Below are positions 11,789 through 24,044 of a stretch of 64,000 nucleotides of DNA, piece by piece. The stretch is taken from assembly GCA_013265495.1 (NCBI GenBank), contig MU057560.1:880753-944752 (forward strand), read 5' to 3'. The stretch's first letter is position 1. Each line of letters opens with the position of its first letter. The position numbers and the translations under genes are program-made. The notes under the pieces are model-generated. The model searched no databases. It saw only the letters and a list, made by a program, of their open reading frames with translations, and was not told the DNA's origin. Origin of the DNA: Vicugna vicugna (Eukaryota).

Positions 11789-14496
11789 AAACACATTTTC
11801 AGTGCTGAAAATGCCTACCCACAGCGCGCGCACACACGGGCACACCCTCTACATCGCCAGGCAGCAAGCGAGAACTGTTTCCCAAGATGCTTCATCCTGC
11901 AGCTCTGAATGCTGTCAAATGCCGCGTTCGGGTTTCCAGGAGGGGACTCCCGGGCTGCGGTCCTGCCATTCTGTTTCCTTCAGTCTCAGCCTCCTGGGCT
12001 GGGATTTGCGGGCGGGGGTATAAATGTGAGCGAGACCCGGGCCCCCTGAGTAGACGCCTTTCGTCCTCAAGGAAGCGGAAACAAACGGCCTTGCCGGCTC
12101 CTCGCCCGCCCCCTCAGCCTCACAGGAAACGCCCAGGACTCTGACTGCAAGTTGCAGGTTTTTACTTCCCAGGATTTGCCACAGGCCTGGTCTGGACCGT
12201 GCAATGGGGCCTGCAGTGTGTTGGAAAAAAATGACTTAAAAATCGTTTTTTGACACAGGGGAAAATGTTGTGGTTAAGCTGTCGCGGAAAGCACCTTTGT
12301 GGAGCCCACCCCAGGCTCCCTTCAGGGTCAGATTTCACACTTGCAAATTAAAATGTCAGCCCCACAGTCTGTGCGGCTCGCCGGGCTGCGAAACTGCCTC
12401 CTTGGCCAGGGAAGCCTCAGACCTCGGCTGAAGCCGAGGCCCCGATCTTCGACACAACTGGATGTGCTTGAGTTTGGTGGGGTGTGTGCATGTTCCCCCG
12501 TGTCTCCTTGGGGTGCTTCAGTTCCATTGGGGGGATAATGTTAAGCACCTACTGAATACTCAGCAGGGTCCTAAGCTGTTTGCATTTCTAGAAGTCTTAG
12601 CCATATGAGGTCAGCTCTCACTTGTTCCATCTGCATTTTCCTGAAGTTTAAAAGGCATTTCTGCTTTAGGACACACACCTGGGATACACACACGTCCTCT
12701 CACTGACACGGCTGCTCTGGTGACTCGAGAGGGTGGAACTTGAGGGGTCTGTCTTGACCTCCTACTTGTCAGGGAGACCAGATGCTGAGGGACCAGAAGG
12801 ACTTGGCTAAAACCCGCTCTTCCCCATGAGGAGGTTTCACGAGGTAGATATTAGATCAGCCTGACCGCACAGCCTTGAAACCGTTCCCAGAAACCGATGT
12901 TTTAAACTAACACATTGCTTTCTCCTGGGAGAGCGGCTTCTCGCAGTCATGGGCTCCATCCTTTGTCAGCTGAGAAAAGAAGGTGGACGATGTCAGGGAC
13001 AAGGCTCCGTGGGCAAGAGGGTGAAGCAAAGGGGAAGGGGATAAAATCAGGGGCATTCAAGTCCTATCCGATGTGCTTCCAGACATAGAGGAAGTCGGCT
13101 GGCCGTCCTGCAAGGGGGAAATGGCTTTCCTTCATGAGGAAATAGCTTTTGAAATGTCTAAAAATGTCAGGTCAGAGCATACGCATTTTTCAAACTGGTT
13201 GAACTAGAGTCTTTAGAAAGATGCGGGGTGTCTTCCCTGGGCTGGCATCATCCACGCAGGACCTGCAGTCCCCAGTCGTGCCTTAGGTTTTCCTTGTGTT
13301 TCATGTGCCTCGCTGTCTCCAAAATGCGATCTCACCTGCCGGCTAAGCTCGAGGCTCCTGCAAGCATTGCATCATCGTTGACAAGTGGGTCCCACTTGTT
13401 TTGTGATGTTCCTTTAGCTGCTTCTCCCGGCCCCCCACCAGACTTGCTTCCTGGAGACAGAGCCTGCTTAGATAAGGGGGCCCTCCCAGACACCCCCCTC
13501 AGTTATGGGGCCAGTGGGCTTCCAGGAGGGAGGGCTGGATGACACCCGCCCATCAGGGACCAGGAAGCCGAGCCCTGCAGCAAGCAGAGATGCTGCCCGG
13601 GGAGGGTCACTGAAGGGGAACCCACGCTCCGGTGGCCTCCAAGGCCAGCACGGAGGCCCCTTGAAGGTGGAGCACCCCATCCACTGCCCCACTGGTCTTC
13701 AGGAACGGATCCCATGAGTAAAACTACCAGTTGACCAAGTTCCTCCAGCTCTCCCGGTGGGGGTCTGCCTGCCCCGAGTGAGGGGTCGCTGGATGGGCCT
13801 GTGTGTGTGTGTTTCCCCATATTTGTTATTCTTTTCGCCCAAGAGTACCTGAGTTAATTAAAGCCCAATTAAGCCACAGTGATGATCCAGACCTTGCTTA
13901 TTCCTGACTCCAGAACAAATTAACTGGCTTCCGTGGATACTGGTCTCAAATTGCAGGAAGGAAGGAGCAGTTTGCATGTGGCAGGAGGCCTGGAGGTAAA
14001 CTAAAGAGAGGCTTCACAAAGCACCCGGCACACGGGGACCCGGTCTCTGCTCCGTCTGTGCCCAATAATTCTAAGTTTCTTATTTTAATCGGATAATAAT
14101 AGGACCTGTACAAACGGTAGGTCTAATATACATAGCAGTGTGAGACCGTCCATTTGTGGGGATTCGGTTTTTCTGGCACAGGGCTGGGAAGGACCTGCAG
14201 GGGGATTCCTTCCAGCCCCGCCTTTTTAAAGAGGAGGAACCACATCTGCTTGATGCAGTTCAAGCACTTAGCGGCCCCGTGAACGCAGGAACACACACGG
14301 GCTCTTCATCCTGCTGCGATGCTAGTTGTGCTGTGCCTTCATTTCCTGCATCGAGTGTCTCAGAGTAAGTCCTGAGCAACCTCTTTTCTACCAAAGGCAT
14401 TTGTGCCTGCAGATATCCGTACATATATACGCACACGTGTATATCTAAGATATTTAAATACACTTTATTATGTGGATTGAATATATAAATATGTAC

Positions 14497-14910
14497 TTTT
14501 TTATTTTTAAAAAATGTATTATTAAAGTGTAGTTGATATACAATGTTAGTTTCAGGTGTACAGCAAATTGATTTCAGTTATACACACACATACACGTTTT
14601 CTTTTCAGATTCTTTTCCATTATATGTTATTGTAAGAAATTGAATATAGTTCCCTGTGCTACACAGTAGGTCCTTGTTGTTTATCTATTTTATAAATAGT
14701 CATGTGTATCTATTAATCCCCAACTCCTAATTTATCTCTCCCCACTCCTTCCCCTTTGGTAACCATAGATTTTTTTTTAATGTCTGTGAGTCTGTTTTTG
14801 GTTGTACATAGCATTTGTATCATTTTTTTTCAGATTCCACATATAAGTGATATCATATGATATTAAAAAATGATCATATTGAGTGAAGTAAGTCACACAG
14901 AGAAAGAAAA
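14497..14910 (-). mobile_element. LINE-1 with short 5' inversion (minus ~14497-14864, plus ~14866-14910)
   Basis: L1 3'UTR, then inverted atgatcatattgagtgaagtaagtcacacagagaaag; TSD atataaatat(g/t)ta(c/t)tt at 14483-14498 and 14911-14926. Confidence 0.88.
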
Positions 14911-15356
14911 ATATAAATATTTATTTAAATTGTATTTAAAATACAGAAGAATTAGTAATAGCAACCGTAGAGAAAATAAATAGGTTTCATTTTATTCTAA
15001 AATGCATGCTCTATCATATATATGTGATTTTTTGCATTTTATGACCAATTAGTCTTTCCTTCTCTGAGGAATTCTGACGCAATGATACTGAGAGAAGGTA
15101 ACACTGCAAGCCATGTGCTCTGACGAGCATTTAGAGGCAGGACTCCTGCCTTTTTGACTCCAGTGTGCATTCTCCTCACGTAGTGTTTACACACACTTTG
15201 ATTTGCAGTGGGTGCAGAGAACACAGTCGTTGCAACACGGAGTGGGTACCAGTGCTTCAGTTTTCATGGAGAAAATGATCTTCGAACACCGTAACACTGA
15301 CTGATTCTCCAAAGCCTAATCCATGATTAGATGAAGGCAGGTCTCCTAGGACATAC

Positions 15357-15399
15357 GCGAGTGGAGAGGAGAGAAAACAGCCCTGCTGCTGATTCAAGC
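15357..15399 (-). other. Candidate 43-nt non-coding exon just downstream of a CpG island
   Basis: Acceptor gtttgtgcttcttttag|GCTTGA and donor TCGC|gtatgt. Confidence 0.4.
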
Positions 15400-15469
15400 C
15401 TAAAAGAAGCACAAACGATCCAGTTTCTCCCAAACAATGACAGAGGGAACCCCACTAACGGATACCCAG

Positions 15470-15900
15470 CGCGTGCTCCGCGGCTTCTGCTCTCGTTAAC
15501 CTGCCTCGGCAGCACAGACCCGGCCCTGGGCCCCGGCAGCTGTCACCGAGCGCCCCCGCCCCCCGGCGCGGCGCCTGGGCCTCGCCGGTTTCCCGTCCTG
15601 CGCTTCACCGCCCAACGCCGCCCCCTCGCCGGCACCTGCCGGCCGCGCGCAGCCTCCCCCTTGGCTCTCGGGCTGCGGGAAGTGCGGGAAAGGGCCGGCG
15701 GGACTTCGCGGCGGGAGGCGGCGCTTGCTAAGGCGCGCCGCCCCGGTTCTCCTGCGGGCCTGGGCGGCTCGTCCGGACCCCAGCAGGAAGCTGGCTTTTA
15801 CAGAACACCCGCGGGGCAGTGGCTCTTCCACAAACGAGTGAGCGAGGCCCGGCTCTGGGACTCAAGAAATGCTAACAAGTCCCGGGGAAATGCATCCGCC
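15470..15900. promoter_or_regulatory. CpG island, candidate alternative promoter
   Basis: Very GC- and CpG-dense, GC-box-like ccccgccccc at about 15554-15563, minus-strand donor CAG|gttaac at 15501/15500. Confidence 0.65.
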
Positions 15901-16169
15901 AGGCAAGGAAGCACGCGGTGGGGCGTGACAGTTTCAGAGGTCGCCCAGGTGTTCGTCTTAAAGAAGCTGAATCGCCTTGCGTGTCTCTCATAGGAGATCG
16001 ACGTGTGTCTGACCCTTCCTCCCAGACCCCCTCTGATGGCAGCTCCAACATGTCCCGAGGTGGCTGTAAGAAGTGTCCAGCCACTGGCTCCGTGAAGAAT
16101 TCGGATTTGGGAAAACAAAACCTTACATGTTTAGTAGAAGGTAGAAATACGTAAGTTTGCCAGTGTCTT

Positions 16170-16283
16170 TCTTTTTTTCAAATTTTATTTTATTATTATT
16201 TTTTAATGGAGGTACGTGGGGATTGAACCCAAGACCTCGTGTGTGCTAAGCGTGTGCTCTAACGCTGAGCTCTGCCCTCCCCC
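16170..16283 (-). mobile_element. Camelid tRNA-derived SINE (Vic-1-like)
   Basis: Minus strand GGGGAGGGCAGAGCTCAGCGTTAGAGCACACGCTTAGCACACACGAGGTCTTGGGTTCAATCCCCACGTACCTCC + A-rich tail; Pol III A/B boxes; TSD gccagt(g/t)tctt at 16159-16169 and 16285-16295. Confidence 0.88.
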
Positions 16284-16329
16284 AGCCAGTTTCTTAAAAC
16301 AACAAACAAAAACATGGGGTGAATGTTGA

Positions 16330-16862
16330 TTACTGTCCTGGATTCATGTAAGTCCCATTGGGAGAGTTTCTTATGCAGATCAAGGGCAGCATATGGCTGT
16401 AAGATAGATTTATTCAGAGAGATGCACACTCCATAGACAGAATGCAGGCGTCTCAGAAGGACAGAGAAAGGCTGAGAGAGAAACAGAGACAGAAAGACAG
16501 AGACAGAGAGAGACAGAGATAGAGACAGAGAGACAGAGCCAGAGAGCACCCTAGGATGTGGGGGTGTTAGTTTTCATGGGCTCAGTAACTTCATATGCTA
16601 ACAAGTGGGAGGATCATTCCAACTACTCTGGGGAAGGGGCTGCGAGTCCCAGGAACTGGGCCATCACCCACTTTTTGACCTCCTGGGGCCAGCCTTGAAA
16701 CTGTCATGGCACCGGTGGGTGTGCCGCTTGGCAGCCATTGTGTGACAATGAATGCATAACGAAGCTCAAGGTCTACCGGGAGTTGGATCTTCCGCCATCT
16801 TGGTGCTGACTGCGGCGTCCTTCCTTTAATGGCTGTGCCCTGCCCCCTTCCCTGCAGCCTCA
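16330..16862 (-). mobile_element. ERV1-type solo LTR with internal (GACAGA)n expansion
   Basis: Minus-strand AATAAA near 16408, ccgccatcttgg motif, terminal ...gcctca; family not determined. Confidence 0.6.
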
Positions 16863-16904
16863 CCCCCTTCTGTCTCCTGTCCACTCCCACCTGGGACGGG
16901 GATC

Positions 16905-17570
16905 ACATCAGAACCGCAGGAGGGGCTGGTGAAAACACACAGTGCCAGCCAGACCCCCGGAGCTCCTGAACCAGCGAGCCTGGGGCAGATGTGGAGAATG
17001 CTCACCTTTCACAAGACCCCAGGGGTTCTGGGTTGAATTGTATGCTTGCCCACCAACCCCCACCAACACCTCCCGAAAAGGTATGTTGACACCTTGGACC
17101 CTAGAACTGGGAACATGGCCCTGCTGGAAATAGGGCGTTTGAGACGAAATCAGGTTGAGACGAGGGCGTCCAGGACTAGGGTAGGTCCTCATCCAGCGGG
17201 GTGTGTCCTTACAAGAAGAGGGAAATTTGAACTTGAGCACAGGGGAACTCGGGGAAGGCACCATGTGATGCTAGAGGCGGAGATTAAAGTGATGTGTCTG
17301 TCGGCCAAGGGACACCCAAGATGGCCGGCAAAGCACCAAAAGCTAGGGAGAGGCGAGGAGCAGGTTTTCCCTCGGAGACCTCAGGAGGAACCAATGTTCA
17401 CGAGCCTTGACTTTGGACCTAACGTCCGGAACCCTGAGGGAATGCGTTTCTGTTGTTTTGAGGCCCTGTTTCTGGTCCCTGACTGCAGCGCTCGGACGTT
17501 AGCACACCTGGTGATGCTTCTGCTACCCGGGGAGCCCTCCTCGAGACCGCGCCTTGACAGCCACTGACCT
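16905..17570 (+). mobile_element. MER5A-like hAT DNA transposon split by the MLT1 LTR (arms ~16905-17023 and 17507-17570)
   Basis: catcagaa...ggggctggtgaaaacacacagtgc...ctggggcag...acaag.cccc and ggtgatgct...gacagccactg match MER5A halves; orientation uncertain. Confidence 0.6.
17024..17506 (+). mobile_element. MLT1 (MaLR) LTR, MLT1C-like
   Basis: Starts (t)gtt.tgggttgaattg; ggaaatagggc, ccttacaagaagagggaaatttg, gaggcggagatt, gccaaggga; ends ttagcaca; TSD ccagg/cctgg. Confidence 0.85.
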
Positions 17571-18049
17571 GGGCTGCAGCAGTGGGCTCCAAGCGGCTCC
17601 TCTCCCCGCCTCGCACCTTTCCAACAGCTGGGCTTTAGCGATGTGAAACGTAGGTGAGTAACGCCATTTCCTTATCAAAAACAAGCTGAGTCCCTTCGCA
17701 AAGCATTCAAGGATCTCTGTGACAAGATCCCATTGTGCGTGTGCATGTGTGTGTGTGCCCTCAGCCCTGGACCTGACATTCAAACCCTCGCTTGGTGCCT
17801 GGCCTGCTGGCTGAGCCCCACACCACTGTCCACCCTTTAGCTGCACGCGGGCTGCTTGTTCAGCCCAGAACATCCACATTCTTCATCCTCTGGAGTCCCT
17901 CCTAGCCCTCAGCGATGCACTAAAAACGGACTTTCTCTCGGCACGTGTGTGTGTGTGTGCATGTTATATGAAGCTGTGTATGTTTATCATGATGTTTTGA
18001 CAGCGGTAATCATTTCACGTACTTTATTCCTGTGAAGGATAGCACAAGG

Positions 18050-18160
18050 AGCATTACTTTGATTTCCTGGAGGGAAATTCGGTTCACCAAGGTCACACAG
18101 GTGGCTGGCGGCAGAGATGGGACTGGAACCCAGGACGTCTGGTTCCCAGTTCTGGACGCC
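18050..18160. mobile_element. MIR SINE fragment
   Basis: ccaaggtcacacag...ggcagagatgggactggaacccagg. Confidence 0.6.
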
Positions 18161-18649
18161 ATTAGTTCTGTGTCATTGCATTGAAATAATCTGTGCAGTA
18201 GGTGAGTATCTATTTCACGGTCTTTGTAGACTGTTAGTTGTTTGTATATAGGCTCTATGAGAACAGTTATTTTTGAATCTCTTAATACACCCCGCCCAAG
18301 TCTAACACATATTAGATAACTAGTGTTTGAGGAAGAAGGAAAGAAAAAAAAAAAAAGAAAGAAAAAGAAGGGGAAAAAAAGGAAGGGATGAATTTCAACA
18401 CTGTATCAGATTGGACTGGGGCAATGACCTAGATGACACAATCTATTTACTCTCCAAACACACTGCTGAGGGAAACACGATTGTGTCTGTATGCATGTAT
18501 CTGAACATGACATGTGTATATGATTTCATCTATGTCCTGCTTATACACAAATGCATGGATCCCGCCAGTTAAATTCTTAGTTTATCCCATGAAGGTTCTT
18601 CTTTTGGCTACTGCCCTCATATCAACATTTTTTTTAATAAAGGATAAAT

Positions 18650-18865
18650 TTCCCAGCCCTAGGCCCTTGTAGTAAATACACAATTATTCATGTGTTTTTA
18701 CATCACTACTTTATCTATTTTTTTAATACTTTTACTCAACTGTATCTCACTCTTGAATTCTTTCCTGCACGAAGCCAAGGACCCTCACTTGGCAGGGGTG
18801 CATCCCGGGGACTCGACTGAGAGCTGGGACATGGCCACCCTCTTGTGCCCCATTTTCTCCTGTAT
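18650..18865 (+). mobile_element. ERV LTR 3' fragment
   Basis: tctcactcttgaattctttcctgcacgaagccaaggaccctcacttggc...ctgggacatggcca...attttctcctg. Confidence 0.55.
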
Positions 18866-19079
18866 CGGGGGACAGACGTGGCTTCTAAGGGGGAGGGAGC
18901 CATTGGCTGGTTCCTATGGGAGGGGGTAATGAAGAGAATGGGGGGGTTTACTCAGCATTATTTTAGCTTCCTCAAACCTCATTAAGCAATTAAAAAAGAT
19001 TTGATTATAAATTTTGCTGGGGAATTCCAGAGAAGGCAGCTCAGCGAATGAAAGTCGCAAGGAGCCGAGGGAACTGCTG

Positions 19080-19260
19080 CTCCCCACTTCCTCTCCCTCC
19101 TTCTCTTTCCTCTTTCTCCTCCTGTCTCTCTCCCTCTCTCTGTTTCTCTCTGTCCCTCCGTCTCTGTCTTTCCCACCCCTCCATCTCCCCCTCCGTCTTC
19201 ACCTCTCCCTTTGCCCACTCCCCTCGCTGTCCCGCCTCCTCCCGTGTCTCGTTCCCTCGC
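19080..19260. repeat. CT-rich polypyrimidine low-complexity tract
   Basis: Read directly from the sequence. Confidence 0.85.
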
Positions 19261-22113
19261 TCAGAACACTCACCACCACCCCACACCTCCTTAAACAGAC
19301 AGCAGAGACCAGCCAGCACGGCTGGCTCCTCATTACGAGTTCCCAGGAGAAAGAATGTGTGGCCTGCCCAGGATGCAGAGCCCAGCGCTGAGGTTCTCGC
19401 CTGCCACCAAGGGACAGACCACGAGTGTCAGGATGACGACTCAGAGTCACCCGTGTGGCTGCCAGTCATTGTTCTCAGAAAGGGAGGTCTCCTAGACCAG
19501 GCAGATGCCCCAGGACCGAGGACGTTGGCTGGACTCCCGAGCCCGTGCTCAACCACCGCCTCCAATGGTCTCTCAAGAGAATGAATTCTCACTGCAGTCT
19601 CGGGAGTTCAAGTAGAAGATCTGAGAAATTGCATGACTACATGGAAATCGTCCATGAAATCTTGAGTAAGAGAGAAGAATACAGATGGAAGTGCGTGGAG
19701 GAGGGTAAGAGAGAAAAGCCAGAGACGGAGCCAGCAGACATCAGAGACACTTCAGGAGCCAGGATCAAAACCGACAAGCCCCGGGACCGCTCAGCTGCAG
19801 GAAAGGCTGGCCCCCGGGGTCCGGGTTGGGAAAGCAGGCACTGGGGCTCACTCGGCAGGGCTGGGCTGGAACCAACGGGGGAAAAGAAAGCCCAGCTCGG
19901 ACTTGGCTGGTCACCCTGTAGGGAGTAGGGGCTCTCTCCTAAGACGAACCATGGGGGCAGAGATCCAACTTGCACATCAGTCTGTTTAGCCGAGTGACAC
20001 CTCACAGACCTGCGCAGCGTTGCGGAGAGAACACCGCGCAGGGTGAGCGTCGGGAGAGCTGACCGCCAGCCGGCTTTGTGATCTGAGAAAAGACCGCTTA
20101 TCCAGCTGGACGTTTCACCTGGGACACAAGGAGGTTGTACCAAGTGACCCCCACGGTCTCCTGTGTACTCGGTCCTGCTATTTAATGAGCGCTTATAAGA
20201 ACCTCTAGTTCAGCATTGCTTTGAGCTACCCTGTTCTGAGCAAGAAAACTTAGAAAGAAACGAGGAATTCAGGTAAACACAAAGGAGAGAGCTGCTGGGA
20301 GAATTAAACCGGGCGCCAGGAAGTGCTCCGTCTACTCTACCGTGGGTCAGGGGAGAGGAATTCTCTGCTTTTCCGCAAATGCAAATGATCTCTCTGGATT
20401 TGCAGTAAATCAGACACATAGTCGCTCAGCCCTTGACACCTACTGTGAGGAAACGATTTGATTTATTTACACGATAAGCTTAAAGCATTCCACTGGTCTG
20501 CGCGCACCCGGCCGCAAGGAGAAGACACAAATCCAGCACTTGGACAGAGCGCTGCGGGTGACAGCCTCCGAGAGAAGTGCACACTGCAGTGACGGGACAC
20601 AGCAAGCGAGGAAACCCCTGGGACCAACCGCATGGGGCTCTTCGGATGGGTAAGCCAGAAGCGAATTATGGTCAGCCATCCCTGACTCCAATTTCATGAA
20701 TTCCAGAAGCGACCATTCCCCCCCAGAAGGAGCTCCCATGCAGCATGTTTCAACCCTTCTCCAAGAGGCAGCGGTGCCCTGACTCAGTCGGAAGTGAGGC
20801 TGACCCCTGCGAGTTTCACCCCGGGCTCCGTGGAATCGCACGCCTTGTCGGTGACACTCGGGTGGACGCAACTGCTGCTGCCGCACCAAGTTTACAAAGG
20901 TCCAACCTGACGGGTCCAAGACAGCATGGTCCACGGGCGGTGATGGTGCCCGGGGCGGTTTCCGGCTAGAGGTCCTTCTAATCATGGTGGTAAGGAACGA
21001 GGGCAACACATCTTTCTCTTCTTTCAGAAAATTGATTGAGATTCAGATTCACTTTGGACACTCACAAGTCCTTCTTGTGCACCGTTCTCATGACCTGCCT
21101 CATCTAGTCACGTGACAACCTTTTAGGTCGATGATGCCAACACACTTTCCAGGTGAGAGCAGTGCCTGGGAGAGCCTTGTCATCTCGTGTCTGATCGTGG
21201 TGATGGCTGAGCCGGAGCCAGATCCTCGTCTCCTGACACCCCATCCTGTCACTCTTCCCGGCACCAACACTCTCCCACATTAGGCAGAAGGGAGGCTTCA
21301 GGATAACACAGTCATGACTGTATTTCTGGTAAAACTGAATTACATTTTCTTTTGAGTGATTTAGAGTAAGACAGTAAGAATTAAAATGAAAAGGCCCCGC
21401 AGCCTCGTTCAGGACGGGCGGGGCCGTGCGTTTAGGGTGCTCGCTGCACGTTTCTGAGCCGCACGCGGATTTCCTCTCTGTCAGGGAGACGAGCCTGTGC
21501 CAGGTGACTGTCCCAGCGCTGCCTGGAGGCATCGCGTCCCCGATCCTCCAGTGAGGGAGCCGTCCGTGTCGGCGTCCCCCCAGGAGCCTCGGCACGCGTT
21601 CAAGAAGCCCCCGGGGAGCGACAGCGTCCCCGTCCTGGGCAGACCCGGGCCGCCGGCCTCCAGCCGGGGCCCCGTCCTCTCTGTCCCGTGTGTGGATACA
21701 CGTGGCTTCTTGCTCCTGAGAGGCGGGCAGGTGGCCTCCTGGCCTGGGCTGGACTTCACACCCGGCCCCCAGACCCTCGGAGTGAAGTCCACGTTCACGT
21801 ACTTGGTAGCAAACACAAGTTCAACTGCAATTGTCGCAGCGGGGTTTTCACAGCAGGGCGGGCCGTCCTAGGCACTTCTCCAATCCTCGTGACCATGTTG
21901 TGCAGCCGATACCAAAAAATGCGGAAACTGAGAATAATCCACGGTTATAATCACCCTCTGCCTGCTTTCAAAGTCCACGTTAGACTGGCCTGTACGCATG
22001 CGTATATATACATAAAATACACAGTAGAAATAGAAAATACACACACATAAAATCAAATGTCAAAGAAGAGGCAGCCTGAAAACAGGCATGGTAAGAAAAG
22101 TGCCATCACGTCT

Positions 22114-22235
22114 ACCACGTGGATCCCCCTTCAGCGTCGGGTGGGGGTGTCATTAGTGTTTTGGGGGACGGGTGACCACGTGGATCCCCCTTCAGCGTCG
22201 GGTGGGGGTGTCATTAGTGTTTCGGGGGACGGGTG
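22114..22235. repeat. 61-bp tandem dimer (1 mismatch)
   Basis: accacgtggatcccccttcagcgtcgggtgggggtgtcattagtgttt(t/c)gggggacgggtg x2. Confidence 0.95.
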
Positions 22236-23964
22236 CTTCCGCCTCCTCCTGGTATGAGCGGAGGGGCAGCAGCTGAATGAAAGGGTGGACTTCATCCGGT
22301 GATTCCAGCCAGGTTCCCGGATGTGCCGCACCTTTCAAAGTCGGTCAAGCAGCACCTTGAAGAGCGGTTCCCAGGGCTTCACCTGGGCACCGATTCTGTT
22401 GGAACAGCCAGAGGGCGTGCCCGCTGAGAAGAGAGGCTCCCTTCCCCACTTCGCACTGAGGAATGAACCACCCATCAGAGTGAAGCTCATGGAATCTGTG
22501 TTTTCAACAAGCTCTCTGGATAACTTTCATTTACCGCCAAGCTTGAGAATAAATGTCTGGAGAAAACTGACTCAGATCAAAGCCAGACTAAAAGCCCACT
22601 AACGTAGCTGTTGGGACGAAGAAGTGCTCCTCACTAATCCAGGCTCAAGACTGCACACGTCTGTCTGAACCTCCAAGCGTGAACTGGAAAGCGTCACGTC
22701 TTCCCGGTCCGTGAATGGGCTATGCGCCGACTCCGCCAGGCTCCGGAGCATGTAGCCTTGGGGAGGTGACTTCTCTGGGGGCCTCGGTGTTTGTACCTGG
22801 CAAGTCACAGGGAGAGGATTGCATAACATTATGTGTATGTGTGTGTGTCCTTTCTTCATAAGAAATTCCTAAAAACCTCGATGACATCAACCCTGGGGAG
22901 TGGTGGCAGAACTTTTACATCCTTTGTCAGATTTACACAATTTCATTTTAATTCATTGATTTTAACTTTTCTATTCCCACTGCGACATTTTTATGGGTGA
23001 ACAGGAGGGCAGTGGGAAGGAGTGTTTGGCAGTAAATCATCCCCTAGAGATGCTAATCAAGAAGAAACCACCTATGCATTAAGAGTCCTTTTTCTGAAAT
23101 TAAAGTTCGACATCTTGAAAAGACATTACTGTGCTGTCATGCTGCACCAGCACAGGACGCAGCTGAAAAGTTGTTCACCAGGTGGAATTTTGTCTGACTT
23201 AGATTTTCTACTTTTAGAACTCACATAATTTGAAAGTAGATTACACAAAAATCTATTAGAAAGCACCCTGGTGTAGTCAAATTTTCATGCAAGATGCTCC
23301 ACGTTATTTTAGCTCATATGACGTTATTAACATATGGACTGCATTCTCTTTCTGTGTGGTCCTACAGGAACCTTCCGTTCCTACAGCATGTGATTTGGAA
23401 GGATTCTGCTTTAGACGGTAAGCATTTGCCTCCAACCCTGCAAATCTGATGTGAAAATTCATCACATTTTCCTGCTTCAGTCAAGTCTCTGGTGTCAAAA
23501 CTCTGTAACCTCAGCGCCTGTAAAAACAACCCAACCAAACTGTCGGGATTTCTTGCCTTGAAATCATCACTTTCTCCCTCAGGCCCAGCAGTAAGCAATG
23601 AAGTCTTAAAAGTCCTAAAACAACACATTATGACAAGATAAACGCCAGCAGTTTACGCAGTGCCCCAGCCCTCGCTTTGCCGCCGGTCCAGACATTCGGT
23701 CATCTGTGGCCCACAGGCACCTAACGGCCCAATCAAACTTTACAGACGTAATTTGCATCTTCCATTCTCTCCGGTCTTTCTTTGAACATTTCCATTAATG
23801 AGTCAAGGAGCAGAATAATTTTCCCCACCATCCCAAGGAGCTTGTAAAGTCTAAGGCAGTTTAACAGCATTCAGGAAAGACGGGGGTCCTTTGTGCCTGT
23901 GTCTTCAGCATATAGAGCTGCACAAGGCAGGGCAGTACCCCACGGGAAACCGGCCTCTTGACTT

Positions 23965-24044
23965 GCAGGTAAACAGGCAGCGATGTGGGTGGACGGGCAG
24001 GGGTGCGGGTGGACGGGCAGGGAGGCGGGTGGACAGGCAGGGAT
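23965..24044. repeat. 20-bp G-rich minisatellite, 4 units
   Basis: Consensus gcgggtggacgggcagggat. Confidence 0.85.

Noticed and set aside
15331..15993. 220-aa plus-strand ORF
   Set aside because: CpG-island artefact; low-complexity composition and no recognisable homology.
16205..16283. tRNA gene
   Set aside because: The tRNA-like head is followed by an A-rich tail and flanked by TSDs, so it is a SINE.
21128..21197. C/D-box snoRNA-like arrangement (ATGATGC...CTGA)
   Set aside because: The C box is imperfect, the terminal stem is minimal, it is antisense to the inferred host gene and I recognise no guide sequence.
20467..21816. Chain of minus-strand ORFs as a large hidden coding exon
   Set aside because: They form no single continuous frame, have no convincing flanking minus-strand splice sites and encode no recognisable protein.
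22114..22235. CRISPR-like or other prokaryotic repeat system
   Set aside because: These are direct tandem units without spacers, in mammalian DNA with no cas-like ORFs.
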